DNA of 64,000 nt from Mytilus trossulus. Its lineage: Eukaryota. Numbering within the stretch: position 1 is the first letter of the stretch; every line of letters begins with the position of its first letter. The stretch covers positions 3,658,001 through 3,722,000 of the forward strand of contig NW_026963315.1 of NCBI RefSeq assembly GCF_036588685.1, in the 5' to 3' direction. Shown in pieces: positions 52,650 to 64,000 of the stretch. The position numbers were made by a program, and so were the translations under genes. The notes under the pieces are model-generated. The model saw only the letters and a list, made by a program, of their open reading frames with translations, ran no database searches and was not told the origin of the DNA.

Positions 52650-53013
52650 AGCAAAAACATACAATAAACCTTTTTACAAATGGAATCAAATCTGTGTTAC
52701 TAAATTCAGAATTAAATACAATCGAGTAAATTTGATGTAGAATAAATCCTATTTCCAGACCTCGATGACGACTAGAGAGCCATCTTACACACATATCAAT
52801 TCTTCAAAACAATAGAAATATATTTCAATGAAAACTTATCGCTAAAAACTAAGGGCTCAGGTTCCTGATGTCAAAGAAATTAACAAAGTTGTCATAAATA
52901 AAATAGCGATAAACAGATTATCATTGGTCATCTCAACTTGATTGATTTTTAACTTTTGCCATACGGGCAAGAAAATCGATTTCGTTGAGATGATAGACGA
53001 TAATCTATAGATA

Positions 53014-54393
53014 CGAGGGTTGTATGTAAAGTAAGTTGACAAGCTGAAGTCTGTGTAAAAAATAGCATTTCAGAAATTTTTGTTTTGTATATTTGTAATC
53101 CTGTACTATATCCTAGTTAGGTTATATCAATATTTGTCCCATTTTAAATGCGAGATAATAACAGTGACTTCGTATAGATATAATCAATCGGGAGCCGGAG
53201 CATGTCACATACGTGCAGGGTAGTGTTTTCACAATTTTGTTATCTTAAGTTTCAAAAATCCGCCAAAAAATACTGGAAATTACATTGTGATGTCGACAAT
53301 AATCTTGACGTTAAACCTATTACATTTGTTTGGTCAAAATTTCGAAATGGTGAAGAAGTCTCGATTTCAAACATTGAATCAAGAATCGGCATCACTGAAA
53401 AAAAAGTTTACGGAAAAGATGGAAAAGCAGGCGGTTATAAAATTGTATGTAGACATCGGAAAAACGCCAACAGAAACACACAAATTCTTAAATCAGTCTG
53501 AGAAACAGCTGTTCATTGATATTCAAATTGCACAAAAGGTTTTGGGAAGGAAGAGACAATTTTGAGGACAATGAGCGGGAAGGTAGGCCATCTTTAATGG
53601 AATCAGATGCGGTAAAAGATAAAGCTCTGAACGTCAACAACCGTGACCTATGAGGAAAAGTTCGCGAAGTTGCAGACAAATTTGATTTTCAAGACTACAT
53701 TTAAGCAAATTATTTAAATATGAATCGAGTATGTGCTAGATGTGTACCGTGACTTCTTACAGCAAAACATTTAACAAAAAGAATGGAATTGTCAAATCAA
53801 TTTGTTAAAAACTTCCTCGCGGTTGCTCTTCCCTTACAAATCATCTAGAAATTGATTTACTTGGATTCTTATATCTTGAAAGGGTCCTCGCGGTTGCTCT
53901 TCCTTTAATCTAGAAATTGATTTACTAGTACTTCTAATGTCTTTAAAAAATCCTCCGTAAGCCCCGACTTAGTGCCATTGGTTTTTGCTGTATTGTCGGA
54001 TATTTTTTTTTCCGTGGACAAAGGTTCGAAAATTTACCTACACTTAGACAAGAAGTAATGTACATAATCTTTATAATGAAAAAGTAATAGTTTGAGAAAA
54101 TAGTTGATGACTGGTTAAAAAGATGTGTTGCATTGAAAGGAAACTAAGTTCCGAAAAATTAAAATGTTGACGTAGTCGAACGTCGGAGCGTCGGAAATAT
54201 TTTTTGGGTGCTCCGGGTGAGAGTTTCTAATGGTTTTTAAATTAATGAAAATACGATTATTTAAGCAGATACTGAAACAATATTTACACTCAATCAGGAA
54301 ATCGTGAAATTAGTTTTCAACCTGTTTTCTTTATTTCGGACGGGTAAATAATCTCTAATTGAGATTGTCCTCAAACTTAACGGACAACCCTCG
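53014..54393 (+). mobile_element. Decayed mariner-like element (~1.38 kb)
   Basis: TA|CGAGGGTTGT...ACAACCCTCG|TA; transposase remnants QAVIKLYVDIGKTPTETHK, EDNEREGRPS, ARCVP*LLT (WVPHEL-like) and a degenerate YSPDLAP-like block at ~53952. Confidence 0.8.
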
Positions 54394-55291
54394 TAGAAAT
54401 ACTATTATGACCAGTAACAGTATTTTAAGAAGAGTAAATATAGTATCTCGATTGGTCGACTTGCGTATAACGCCACTGTCAGCACTAGTGTCCTTTTCGT
54501 AGTGTTTATTGATGGAGGAGCCAAATTGCCTAGAGTGAACCACCGACCTATGGTCAGAAAATTGACGATGCCAGTCAATAAAGATTGAAGTCGATAGACA
54601 CAAGTGTTTACAGACTAAAAATACAGTAGCTCGACTTATTATACCACTCGAACATCTTGTTTCATTCTATGTATTTAATTAATGTTGAATACAAAAGACT
54701 TATCTATCTAAAAAGTATAGTTTGCATTTGTGTCATATTAAGTTTAAGTGAAACAAGGGACGAAACGTTGTGTACTGGGGTACTACTGTACGGATATATA
54801 TATCAAGGAGACAAACTGTTTACATGTCAATTATGTGTAGTTTATATTTGTATTTGATTACTCAAAAGAGATTAGGGCAATTGATTCTACATAAACAAAG
54901 GCAACAGTAGTTTACCCCTGTTCAAAAGTCATAAATCGATTGAGAGAAAACAAAGTCGAGTTACAAATTAAATGAAATACACATATTACAATCTTTGTAG
55001 TATATTCGTTAAAATTCATGAGGAGGTTTTAAAGTACATGTGCGACCGTCTTCATACAACATGCCATATTTTCACGACAAGCTATCGACTTGGCAAAACA
55101 TTCAGCCCAGGATAAACGTCGATTAAAGAAAAAAAATCAAAATATATCCTTCATTTATAGGTCACACAAAAAGATACTTAAATGAACGTTGTTGAATTAC
55201 GTAATCAATAGAGAGAAGGTTATTCAGATAGATCTATATGTGTCCTACTTGAACTGACATGTAACATACTTGTGTACGTGTATTCTTACAG

Positions 55292-55370
55292 GTAAATAAA
55301 TAAGATTAGATGAAAAATTTAAATGTATGAAGATACACAACAACTATAATTTGTATGATGTTACAATCAG
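55292..55370 (+). other. Conserved 79-nt non-coding element (probable 5'UTR exon) of pseudogene 6
   Basis: ttcttacag|GTAAATA...ACAATCAG|gtaag; close to the gene 2 copy. Confidence 0.58.
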
Positions 55371-56371
55371 GTAAGAGCAAGTAAAATTCTAAATTCTGAA
55401 TTTCATAATGGGTCATGTCTGTTTTTCAATTGATCGACCTTAAATTAAATTTTTGAAATCTTCAATCCAGCAATAACACGGCCGACACTCGGCTAACCGA
55501 GAGATAGGTCGGTTAATCTATATTGAGTATGCGGCTATATCGGCGGTGGGTCTGTTAATCGGGTTGGTTATACGTCTGTTAAGAGTAAAACTAACAATTT
55601 AATGTTAAACTCTGTTAAATATACAGATTTTTTGGCACATTATGAGAATCGCATCAAAAAAAGAAAAGTATCTGACAAAATGATATCTATCATAGGACAT
55701 TTTCCACCATTAAAACAAATGCATAGCCTGCGCAATTTTAAGTAAAACGAAAAGGCGTCGCGCAAGTGTGTGTTTTTATGCTTGTACGCATAGCAATATT
55801 TTAGATAAAAGGCTAAAAACCATTTTTAGATATGATTTAAAGGACACAAAGTAGTACTTTGGTTCTAAAAAATCAATTGTCATTAATAAATATTTCATAA
55901 TTGTTATATAAGTTGAGTTATACCACATTTTAATGAATATTAGGGGAATTCAGTCTGTTAATGGGTTGGACAATTTAAATCATGTCAGTTAAGAGTTGTT
56001 TAGCCACGACACTAGTCTTACTACCTTGAGTTTATATTTTCACATTGAAAATAATGAGATGTACTTATGACGAAAAAATTACAATACGGTGCAACAGTAT
56101 CCTTATAGAAAGAACACTTTCATTTTAATGTTTTTTCTCTGCATTTCATTAAAAGGGTGTGTCACTTCAAATTAGCGTTATATGGACTGATTGGCCGCTC
56201 GAATTCGCATGAATTTATTATTTACGCCAAGTTATCAATCAGCCTTATTTGTTTGTCTTGTCAAAGTCTGTAACATCTATGAATCTGTCATGGATTGCAA
56301 TTCAGCTGGTTAATTCCATGCGTTTTCTTTGGAATACTACGGCTTTTCTACCTCAGGGATAGATTACCTTA

Positions 56372-57685
56372 TGCCGGCGTCACACATTGGCGGATAGACC
56401 AGCGTGCACCAAACGTACAGAGAAAACTGACAAAGTCGGTATACTTTAGTTGCACGCCATAGGAACGCTTAGCAATCGTTCAAAGTGCGTTGCATAAGTT
56501 TGAAGTACGTCGAAATACAAAGGTAAAATTGAGAAAGGAAATGGGGAATGTGTCAAAGCGACAACAACCCGACCATAGAACAGGCAACAGACAAAGGCCA
56601 CCAATGGGTCTTCAATGTAGAGAGAAACTCCCGCACCCGTAGGCATCCTTCAGCTGGCCCCTTAAAATATATGCATACTAGTACAGTGATAATGGACGTC
56701 ATAATAAACTCTGAATTATACACAAAAAACTAAAATTAAAAATCATATAAGACTAACAAAGGCCATGCAGAGTCTCCTGGAATTGCGGAAGGGATAAACA
56801 TGTTTATGAGATATCAACCCTCCCCCTATACCTCTAGCCACTGAAGGAAAGTAAATACGCTTGATGAACGCTACAACCTGAGGAAATTTTTATGCAGCAT
56901 AAACAAAAATACAACATACGCCAACATACGTTTCTTGAACGCCGGATACACGCTTAGCCTTAGGTACGCTTCTAGTACGTCCAATACACGCTTAAGGGCA
57001 TACGATACAGTTACAGGGAAGGTAATGACGTTGCTAACGTAATTTGTTATTTTCGCGACGTCAAACTGTGACATATCGGGCAAAGATGCATTTTTCGACT
57101 GATTTTCATCATTCAAACTGATTTAATTTGAAAACGAGTTCATGTACCCCTATTTTTCAAAACGGCATTTTGTTTCATTTTGCAGGGAGATTATGTGACC
57201 CAAATTTTATAAAACTGTAAATAGAGGATTTTTTTTAATTTTGATAAACACGCAGTAAAAAAATGACGTTTTTTCCTCAATTCATGAACATTTGATAAAT
57301 ATGAGTTATTTCTGAATAAAAAAATGTATATTTTTTTAAGATATGTATAAAATACAGAAATTACCGATTATTTAACAAAAAACAATTTGTGTTTATCTTT
57401 TATAACAAAAAAGTTATGTCTTTCTTTCGAAAAAGAAATTACGTCCACAAATCTGAATTTTGAGCATATATACAAAATTTCGACCTCATTTTACTCAAAA
57501 AGTAGCACATGAAGGTATATTTTTTATTATATATTTGATTTAATCAGGTAAAAACTAGCCTATATGCAAATTTTCATGAACTTGTAAATACAGGATCAAA
57601 ACTGTATCGTATGCCCTTAAAGCATATTGGCAGCGTAAATGATTGTTAACACGCCGGAGCTATGCGCTGATGTGTGACGCCGATA
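56372..57685. mobile_element. PIF/Harbinger-like MITE (TTA TSD), nested
   Basis: TTA|tgccggcgtcacacattggcggatag ... ctatgcgctgatgtgtgacgccgata|TTA. Confidence 0.7.
56996..57616. mobile_element. TTAA-TSD (Kolobok-like) MITE, second copy
   Basis: TTAA|GGGCATACGATACAGTT...AACTGTATCGTATGCCC|TTAA; colinear with 11159-11751. Confidence 0.9.
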
Positions 57686-57745
57686 TTAGTTGTATTTCCT
57701 CAATGCTTTTCAATTTTGTTTTTGGCCTTTTAAACATTTTTTCGA

Positions 57746-57789
57746 GCGTCACTGATGAGTTTTTCGTAAACGAAACGCGTGTCTGGTGT
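57746..57789 (+). ncRNA. Minimal type I hammerhead ribozyme, degenerate copy
   Basis: gcgtca CTGATGA gttt ttcgt aaac GAA acgcgtgt C tggtgt. Stem II shows a compensatory change relative to 33911 (gtct/agac vs gttt/aaac); both copies are followed by aatcctggta. Confidence 0.72.
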
Positions 57790-60700
57790 AAATATAAGGC
57801 GCAAATATCAAATTTCAATCCTGGTATCTATGAGGAGTTTATTTCCGGTATGTATTTTCCTTTGTACCGAGTCATCATTCTCATTTTCTGCCGCTTAAGG
57901 AAATGCCTGTACCAAGTTCTAAACCGGGGTTCTAAACAAGAAATAGACATTAGTAAGTTTTTTTTATATAAGTGTTGGGTGCTGATTTAATGTGTAACAA
58001 AAAGACAATTGAATATTCCTGTAAATCACAATAAATGCATAATATAAATTTTATTGTTCGAGTAATGATGTATTCCTATGATATCGTAAGTCATTTAGAC
58101 GACTCGCAGTCCGCAAACGTGCTTGTTTTTCTATCGAATGACCTTCAAGGTGGTGTAGAGAAAGGTTGATGTTGACAGGTTTGTCTATATTTGTTTGCAT
58201 TATAAACATAAATTCAGTTCATTTAATAAAAAAATCAAAATCTTAGGAAGTTTATCTCTGATTAATGTACTTGTTTACTATGTAAATGTCAAATTGATGC
58301 CATTCATATCAATGAAACAGAATCCACATGATATATGCGACCATTCTTTGATGAAATTAATATTACTTTGATTTTACTTATGTTTCATTGTTCATGCGTT
58401 GTTTCCATTTATTCTAGCCACTAATCTTGGGCCTATCTCTTTACTCAGATAACACCCCATATAGCAATTAAATTATACTAGTAATGTCATTTATAACTCT
58501 TAACAGACCAATTAACAGACCGAGTTTTATACATCCGACCCATTAACAGACCATATTTTTATCAAAAATTTATTTATGTCACCAACATACAGTTTTTCGT
58601 GTAGATTTTTCACATATTGATGTTAATATGATAAACAAACATATTGCCAGTCTTTTTTCGATGTTCAAAACATTACATGCAAGTAAACTCAACCAACTTG
58701 TCATTTTTGTGTACATTTTGTGTGTGTAAAATGTTTATAAATTTACTGATGAGTAACTCGCCTTTTCATTTTATAGATCGTTTATTGAAGCTAGAAACAA
58801 AATAATTACACCACTGGACATGACATGAATAGTTTTTATGATATAAATATAATTAAAAAGTTATACAATGAAACATGCTGACCTTGCACTGATTTTCACG
58901 ATAACACCTGATTAACAGACTTTAGCCAACCCGATTAACAGACCCACCGCCGATATAGCCGCATACTCAATATAGATTAACCGACCTATCTCTCGGTTAG
59001 CCGAGTGTCGGCCGTGAATAACAAGAGTACACGCAAAACCACACCCGTAGACCAAACAGTACATTAAGCATGGCGGCCTATATAAAAACGAGAAACAACG
59101 AAAACTTATAAACCACACAAACACACGACAAAGTTCACATCAATTACTGATAAGATTGATTAAGAATTGAACGAAAAGATATCAACACGTAAAGTATGAT
59201 GTCCTTGGTCGGATAACAAAGCGAACATGATACTGCAAGTCAAACTACACATGGTCTGTTGATTTTATAGAAATAAACGCGGAAACAATTTATCTGGTAA
59301 TTAGATAATATATGCGTATCAATTTAGGATATGCGTGTGCCTTTCAGCTTATATAGTTGTTCGTGTAATGGGTTTGCTCTTTTTAACCCTATATCTTAAG
59401 AGCTGCCTACATTTATCTAGCATCTGAAGATATACTATTCCTATACAGTTTTACAATTAGAAAAGTGGGCCAGCAAATAAACTACTTTTAATGTACTTGC
59501 TGAATGAGTGAAAATAACTTGAAATAATAAAGAACATGTACTTACAAACATATTTGAAAGGTGTCTCTATTACACCCTGAGTCTGTATCAAAGTCTGATT
59601 CTATTTCAAATGTAAGTGTAGAAATCAAATGTAAGTTTAAAAAAGACGTCTGATTAGTTTATCAGTTTCTCTCTTTTATATAAAGTTATTTCAAACGTAT
59701 CTGCTTCAAAGACTTTGTATTTCAAATGTCAGCGTCAATAAAGTAAAAACTTGACGTATTAAATGAGTAATAGAGAATCCATAATGAGATAACGTCACGG
59801 GAAACGGCTATGCGTTTCGATACATATACATAGCTTTATTCGTTTAATTTTAACCTGCAATAGACTTTTACAAGTACCCGGCCACGTCCACTTGTATGTT
59901 TGTCCATCTGATGAGTTAAGCCTTTTTCAATTGCTTTTTATAGTTCGTTCTTATGTTGGACTTTTATACCACTGTCCCATGTTAGGGGGGTTGGGATCCC
60001 GCTAACATGTTTAACCCCGCAACATTATTTATGTATGTGCCTGTCCCAAGTCAGGAGCCTGTAATTCAGTGGTTGTCGTTTGTTTATGTGTAACATATTT
60101 ATTTTTTGTTCATTTTGTTTTACATAAATAAGGCCATTAGTTTTCTTGTTTGAATTATTTTACATTGTCATATCGGGACCTTTTATAGCTGACTATGCGG
60201 TATAGGCTTTTCTCATTGTTGAAGGCCGTACGGTAACCATTAGTTGTTAATGTATGTGTCATTTTGGTCTCTTCTGGACAGTTGTCCTATTGGCATACCA
60301 CATCTTTTTTTTATATTTGAATAAAACTATAAAAAAATCAACGAATTACACACAGTGTTTGCAATTATCTGAACTTCTCACTTCTCAATTATTGCTCAAT
60401 ATTCCCCAATCAAAACCAGCTGTCCGATTTTAGTCAACTGCAGTTTTAAAATAGGTCTTCAAATCATAACAATTCATTTAAAAAATGCAAATCAAGGTGA
60501 AAGAAAATGTCCATGAAAAGGAGCGAGACCGGGCTTGTCAATACGGTAAACAGTTTTTGTTATGCATGCATGACCTGTCGTGCGAAATTAAAGTATTCCA
60601 TTTTGTTCAATTTCCAACACTGATGCTTCTTTTATTTCTTTTTTATTTTTAAACATCGTCAAAGATAAAACATTGCATGCACTTCTCAGTTGAATTTACT

Positions 60701-61016
60701 CTTAGATCATATGATTTTTCCATAAATCATTTTTAGGTGGGACTTTTATTGGTTTTTTAAATTCATTTTGTTTAAAAGTAAGTTCAAGTGACTGTCGGAC
60801 TTGTTAGCTATATATAGGCATCGACAATAGGAATGGGCATTTCAGTTTGCGTTACTTTACCAAGAAACATTTATTTTTGCTTTTTAGTATTTTGTATAAA
60901 CAGAATTTTCAGTGTTTATATTTTTTCATAGGATCAAAGTGTTGATGGTAGATTGGAAGGGGTGAACATTATGAGACACAATCTTTGACCTTAGATACGA
61001 CAGAACAAATTCAGAT

Positions 61017-63131
61017 ATGGCCACTAAGGAAATAGCAACATTCTGTGATATTTGCCTAATCAGGGACCTAAATAAGTTGGCGGAGGAATTCTGTCCACAA
61101 TGTGAAGAGGTCCTTTGTGGAGATTGTCGAAATCATCATATGATATCGAAATTGTCAAAATCACACCAGACCATCTCTATAGACAAATATGACAAATTAC
61201 CATCGTTCATCAAGCAAATAAAGCATACCTGTGAGGAGCACGACTGCTTCCTTGAATTTTATTGCAAATCTCATGACTCTCTTTGCTGCAAACTGTGCTT
61301 GATATCAGGACATAAGGAATGCAAGGATACTATTTTTATTGAAAATTTTCTTAGGCCATCACTAGGACGCCAATCAGCAGCTTTAGCTAACGTGGAAAAA
61401 GTTCTAAAAGATCTAGATGATAACATTAGTTTTGCTATAAAGGACCGAAATCGAAATATGAAAGAATTACGTGAACAGAAGAGGGTGATTGTAGAAAAAA
61501 TTAAAGAAAAGCGTCAAGAAATAAATACAGTTTTGGATAACTTAGAAGGAGTATTACTTGATGAAGTATCAGAGATAGAGAACAATACTGTCAGAAAATA
61601 GATGAAATAATTGCAAAATTAGAGAATGAAAAAAAGAAAGTAGACGAAATTAAAGAAGATGTTGATTCTGTCAAACTCTTTGGATCCAATTTACAAATCT
61701 TCATGGGAACAAAGGACTTGCAAGAAAAAGTATCAAACAACGCAATCAACATTCAAATGTTGAACAATAATGGAAGCTTTAACAATGTGACAATGGATTG
61801 TGTTTTCGATGAAAAGTTGAAGGGGTTTATGAAAGAAATTAAGACATTTGGTGATGCAAAGGTGAACAACAGCGAGAAGCATGTTTCCTTTTCTTGGAAA
61901 GGTGATAAATCGGCCCAATTGTTTAAATCCATCTCTAGAGCGACATCGAGTGAAAATATGAGCGTCAGGCTTGTACGTACGATTAACATAAATCGCAATG
62001 GTTTAACAGGATGCACAATGTTAGAATCTGGAGAAATGATATTTGTTAAAGAATGCACGAATCAGCTGCTTAAATATTGCCCAAACGGCGAATTCCATTC
62101 CGAAATACGTATTAATCCTGTGACGACAAACATTGGATATGACCTTGCAATGGTCGATTCAAATACGGTAGCTGTATCAAGTAGTGGAAATAAACCATAC
62201 AAGATTTATCTTATTGATACTTATCGAGCAGAAATCCGTCAATTATTCGATATAAATGACTTCTCTTACGGTTTAAGGATGTCTGCTGGTCATGTTTTTG
62301 AATTCTTGTCATATTTTCGATTTTCTCAGGTTTTATCCATCCAAATGTATTAATTTTTTTTTACACGACACCCCACTTTTGTCTTCATAAATCTGTTCAA
62401 TAGATCATTTCAGATTTAGTGATCCAGCGGCATGAAATCCTTGTTATTTTTTCTTGGTTTAAAGGGTAAAAAACAATTCCAATGTTAACAAATAGTAAAG
62501 TCTGAAGAAAACCCTTTTCCCGCCATTTTCTAAATGTCTCGTATTTTGAAAACTACACACGAGACTAATGATTTTATTACTTTATTTTGTTTAAATATCA
62601 AAGTTGTTTTCATTTTAAGCAACCACATGAAATCCTTGTTATTTTAAATTAGAGCAGCAGACATCCTTAAGCTATCACAATGAATCATTTGTTTGTTGCA
62701 CATCTAGCAATGGTATTATAGTATTTGACAGATCGTATCAAAATGCACCGAACATCCGGATACTGCCAAATGTACCCATAATGTTAAGAAAACACTACGC
62801 TACTTCAAATGAAAATAGTGTTTTACATTCCAACTGTAATGATAATTCCGTCGTAAGCTACGACTTAAGTGGGCAGGTACAATGGAAATATTCCGATTTG
62901 ATGCTAAGAAAACCATATGGCATCACTATGGATTCTTATTCAAATATTTATGTTGCTGGGTCTGAATCAAACAATATTGTAGTGATATCGAAAGATGGTA
63001 AACAGGCGAAAGAACTAATTGGAGCTAGTGACGGAATTTCAAATCCTCGCGCCATTTATTTTCATAAAACCAAAAACATACTTCTAGTAACAAACTATAA
63101 GGGAACTGCATCCCTATTTGACGTTATATAA
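61017..63131 (+). pseudogene. TRIM-like pseudogene 6 (1-nt frameshift ~61585; MITE insertion in the propeller)
   Basis: Three ORF pieces colinear with the paralogs. Removing the MITE and one TTAA restores YGLSYHNESFVCCT in frame; acceptor at 60931. Confidence 0.9.
62277..62666. mobile_element. 390-bp TTAA-TSD MITE (Kolobok-like) inside pseudogene 6
   Basis: TTAA|GGATGTCTGCTG ... CAGCAGACATCC|TTAA. Confidence 0.92.
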
Positions 63132-64000
63132 CACATATTGATACAACATGTTCAATAGATATTCTTCTACTCGAAACATATGTTACTTGTTTGACTATCA
63201 GAAAACAGTATAGAAACGAAATAACTAGCATTCGATGACACGCTATTTTGGAGTTCATTGATATAACTGACAACGTTATTTTTTTCAATTTATGCAAAGT
63301 TAACTTAAGTTTAAGTCCAGTTTTTACATAAATCAATTAAAGAATATGCATAAATCCTTTTTATTTATTTTTTTATTGTTGAAAAACAGTCAATTAGAAA
63401 TACGGATAAGCTAATGCTATATTGTTAACAAAAGTCGTCGAACGAAAAAATTGAATTAAGTTATGTGCATAAATATAATTTTCAGAGCGAAATATTTTTA
63501 AACCATTTTTAAAAGTAAAATATCAAAAATACTTAACTCAGAGGAAAATTCAAAAGAAATACACATAGCACAGGCTAGAAGTTGTCAAAGTGACTATTTA
63601 TTACCGGATTTGACTAAATACTAAAAAGTGCTATTTCGAAAGGTAGATTTCCTTGATAATCCAACTTGATATGTGTTTGCTTATAGAATTGCATATGACC
63701 GTTGTTCTTTGCCTCATTTACATATATGCAAATTGAAGGGTACTTTATCAATGAGATTCCTTAATTTCCAATGATAGTTAGTCCAATGGTATAGCTTGAA
63801 TTACATATACGGATACAAGTAAGCAAGAAAGCTTCCTTCGGTATATAATATTATATAGCGTGTGCAAATTAGGAGGTCATAACTAAACATGCTTTATTAA
63901 ATGGAAATTGGATAGAAAATATATATTAATTATAACAGTACACTTACGCTGTAGTCTTAAGACTAAAGACCTCATGTTTTCAGTGTTCATTTCAATACGA

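Larger units (their letters stand above)
55477..59016. mobile_element. Non-autonomous CAC...GTG transposon with ~90-bp perfect TIRs, 5-bp TSD AATAA and subterminal TCTGTTAA repeats
   Basis: CACGGCCGACACTCGGCTAACCG... mirrored exactly at ~58927-59016; the empty paralogous site at ~18744 shows exactly 5 duplicated nt. Confidence 0.9.

Noticed and set aside
59905-59930. CTGATGAG motif (another at ~58747) as a hammerhead
   Set aside because: No stem II + GAAA + stem III could be formed nearby.
15245-62058. Antisense and alternative-frame ORFs overlapping the TRIM-like genes
   Set aside because: Shadow ORFs that recur only because the sense genes are paralogous.

Overview
AT-rich eukaryotic DNA. 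The repeat families and gene family suggest a bivalve mollusc such as a mussel; this is inference. From left to right the window holds: (1) a near-complete canonical Helitron, with Rep and PIF1 helicase split by two single-base frameshifts and a CTAG 3' end at 6487; (2) a ~4.4-kb palindromic array of 440-bp units, each carrying a tRNA-derived Pol III cassette, bounded by (TA)n, with unit variants in mirrored order on the two arms; (3) a ~50-kb tandem cluster of RING-less TRIM-like genes (2 B-boxes, coiled coil, beta-propeller) with single-exon CDSs. Four genes are intact, two are pseudogenes and one is a 3' fragment, and each full copy is preceded by a conserved ~81-nt splice-flanked non-coding element. 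The intergenic DNA is full of non-autonomous transposons (TTAA/Kolobok-like, 9-bp-TSD Mutator-like, CAC-ended, Harbinger-like, Helentron-type HINEs), mariner, LINE and Penelope remnants, and three hammerhead ribozyme motifs. One of these lies sense-strand ~190 nt after a TRIM stop codon. All coordinates and pairings were read by eye; no searches were run.
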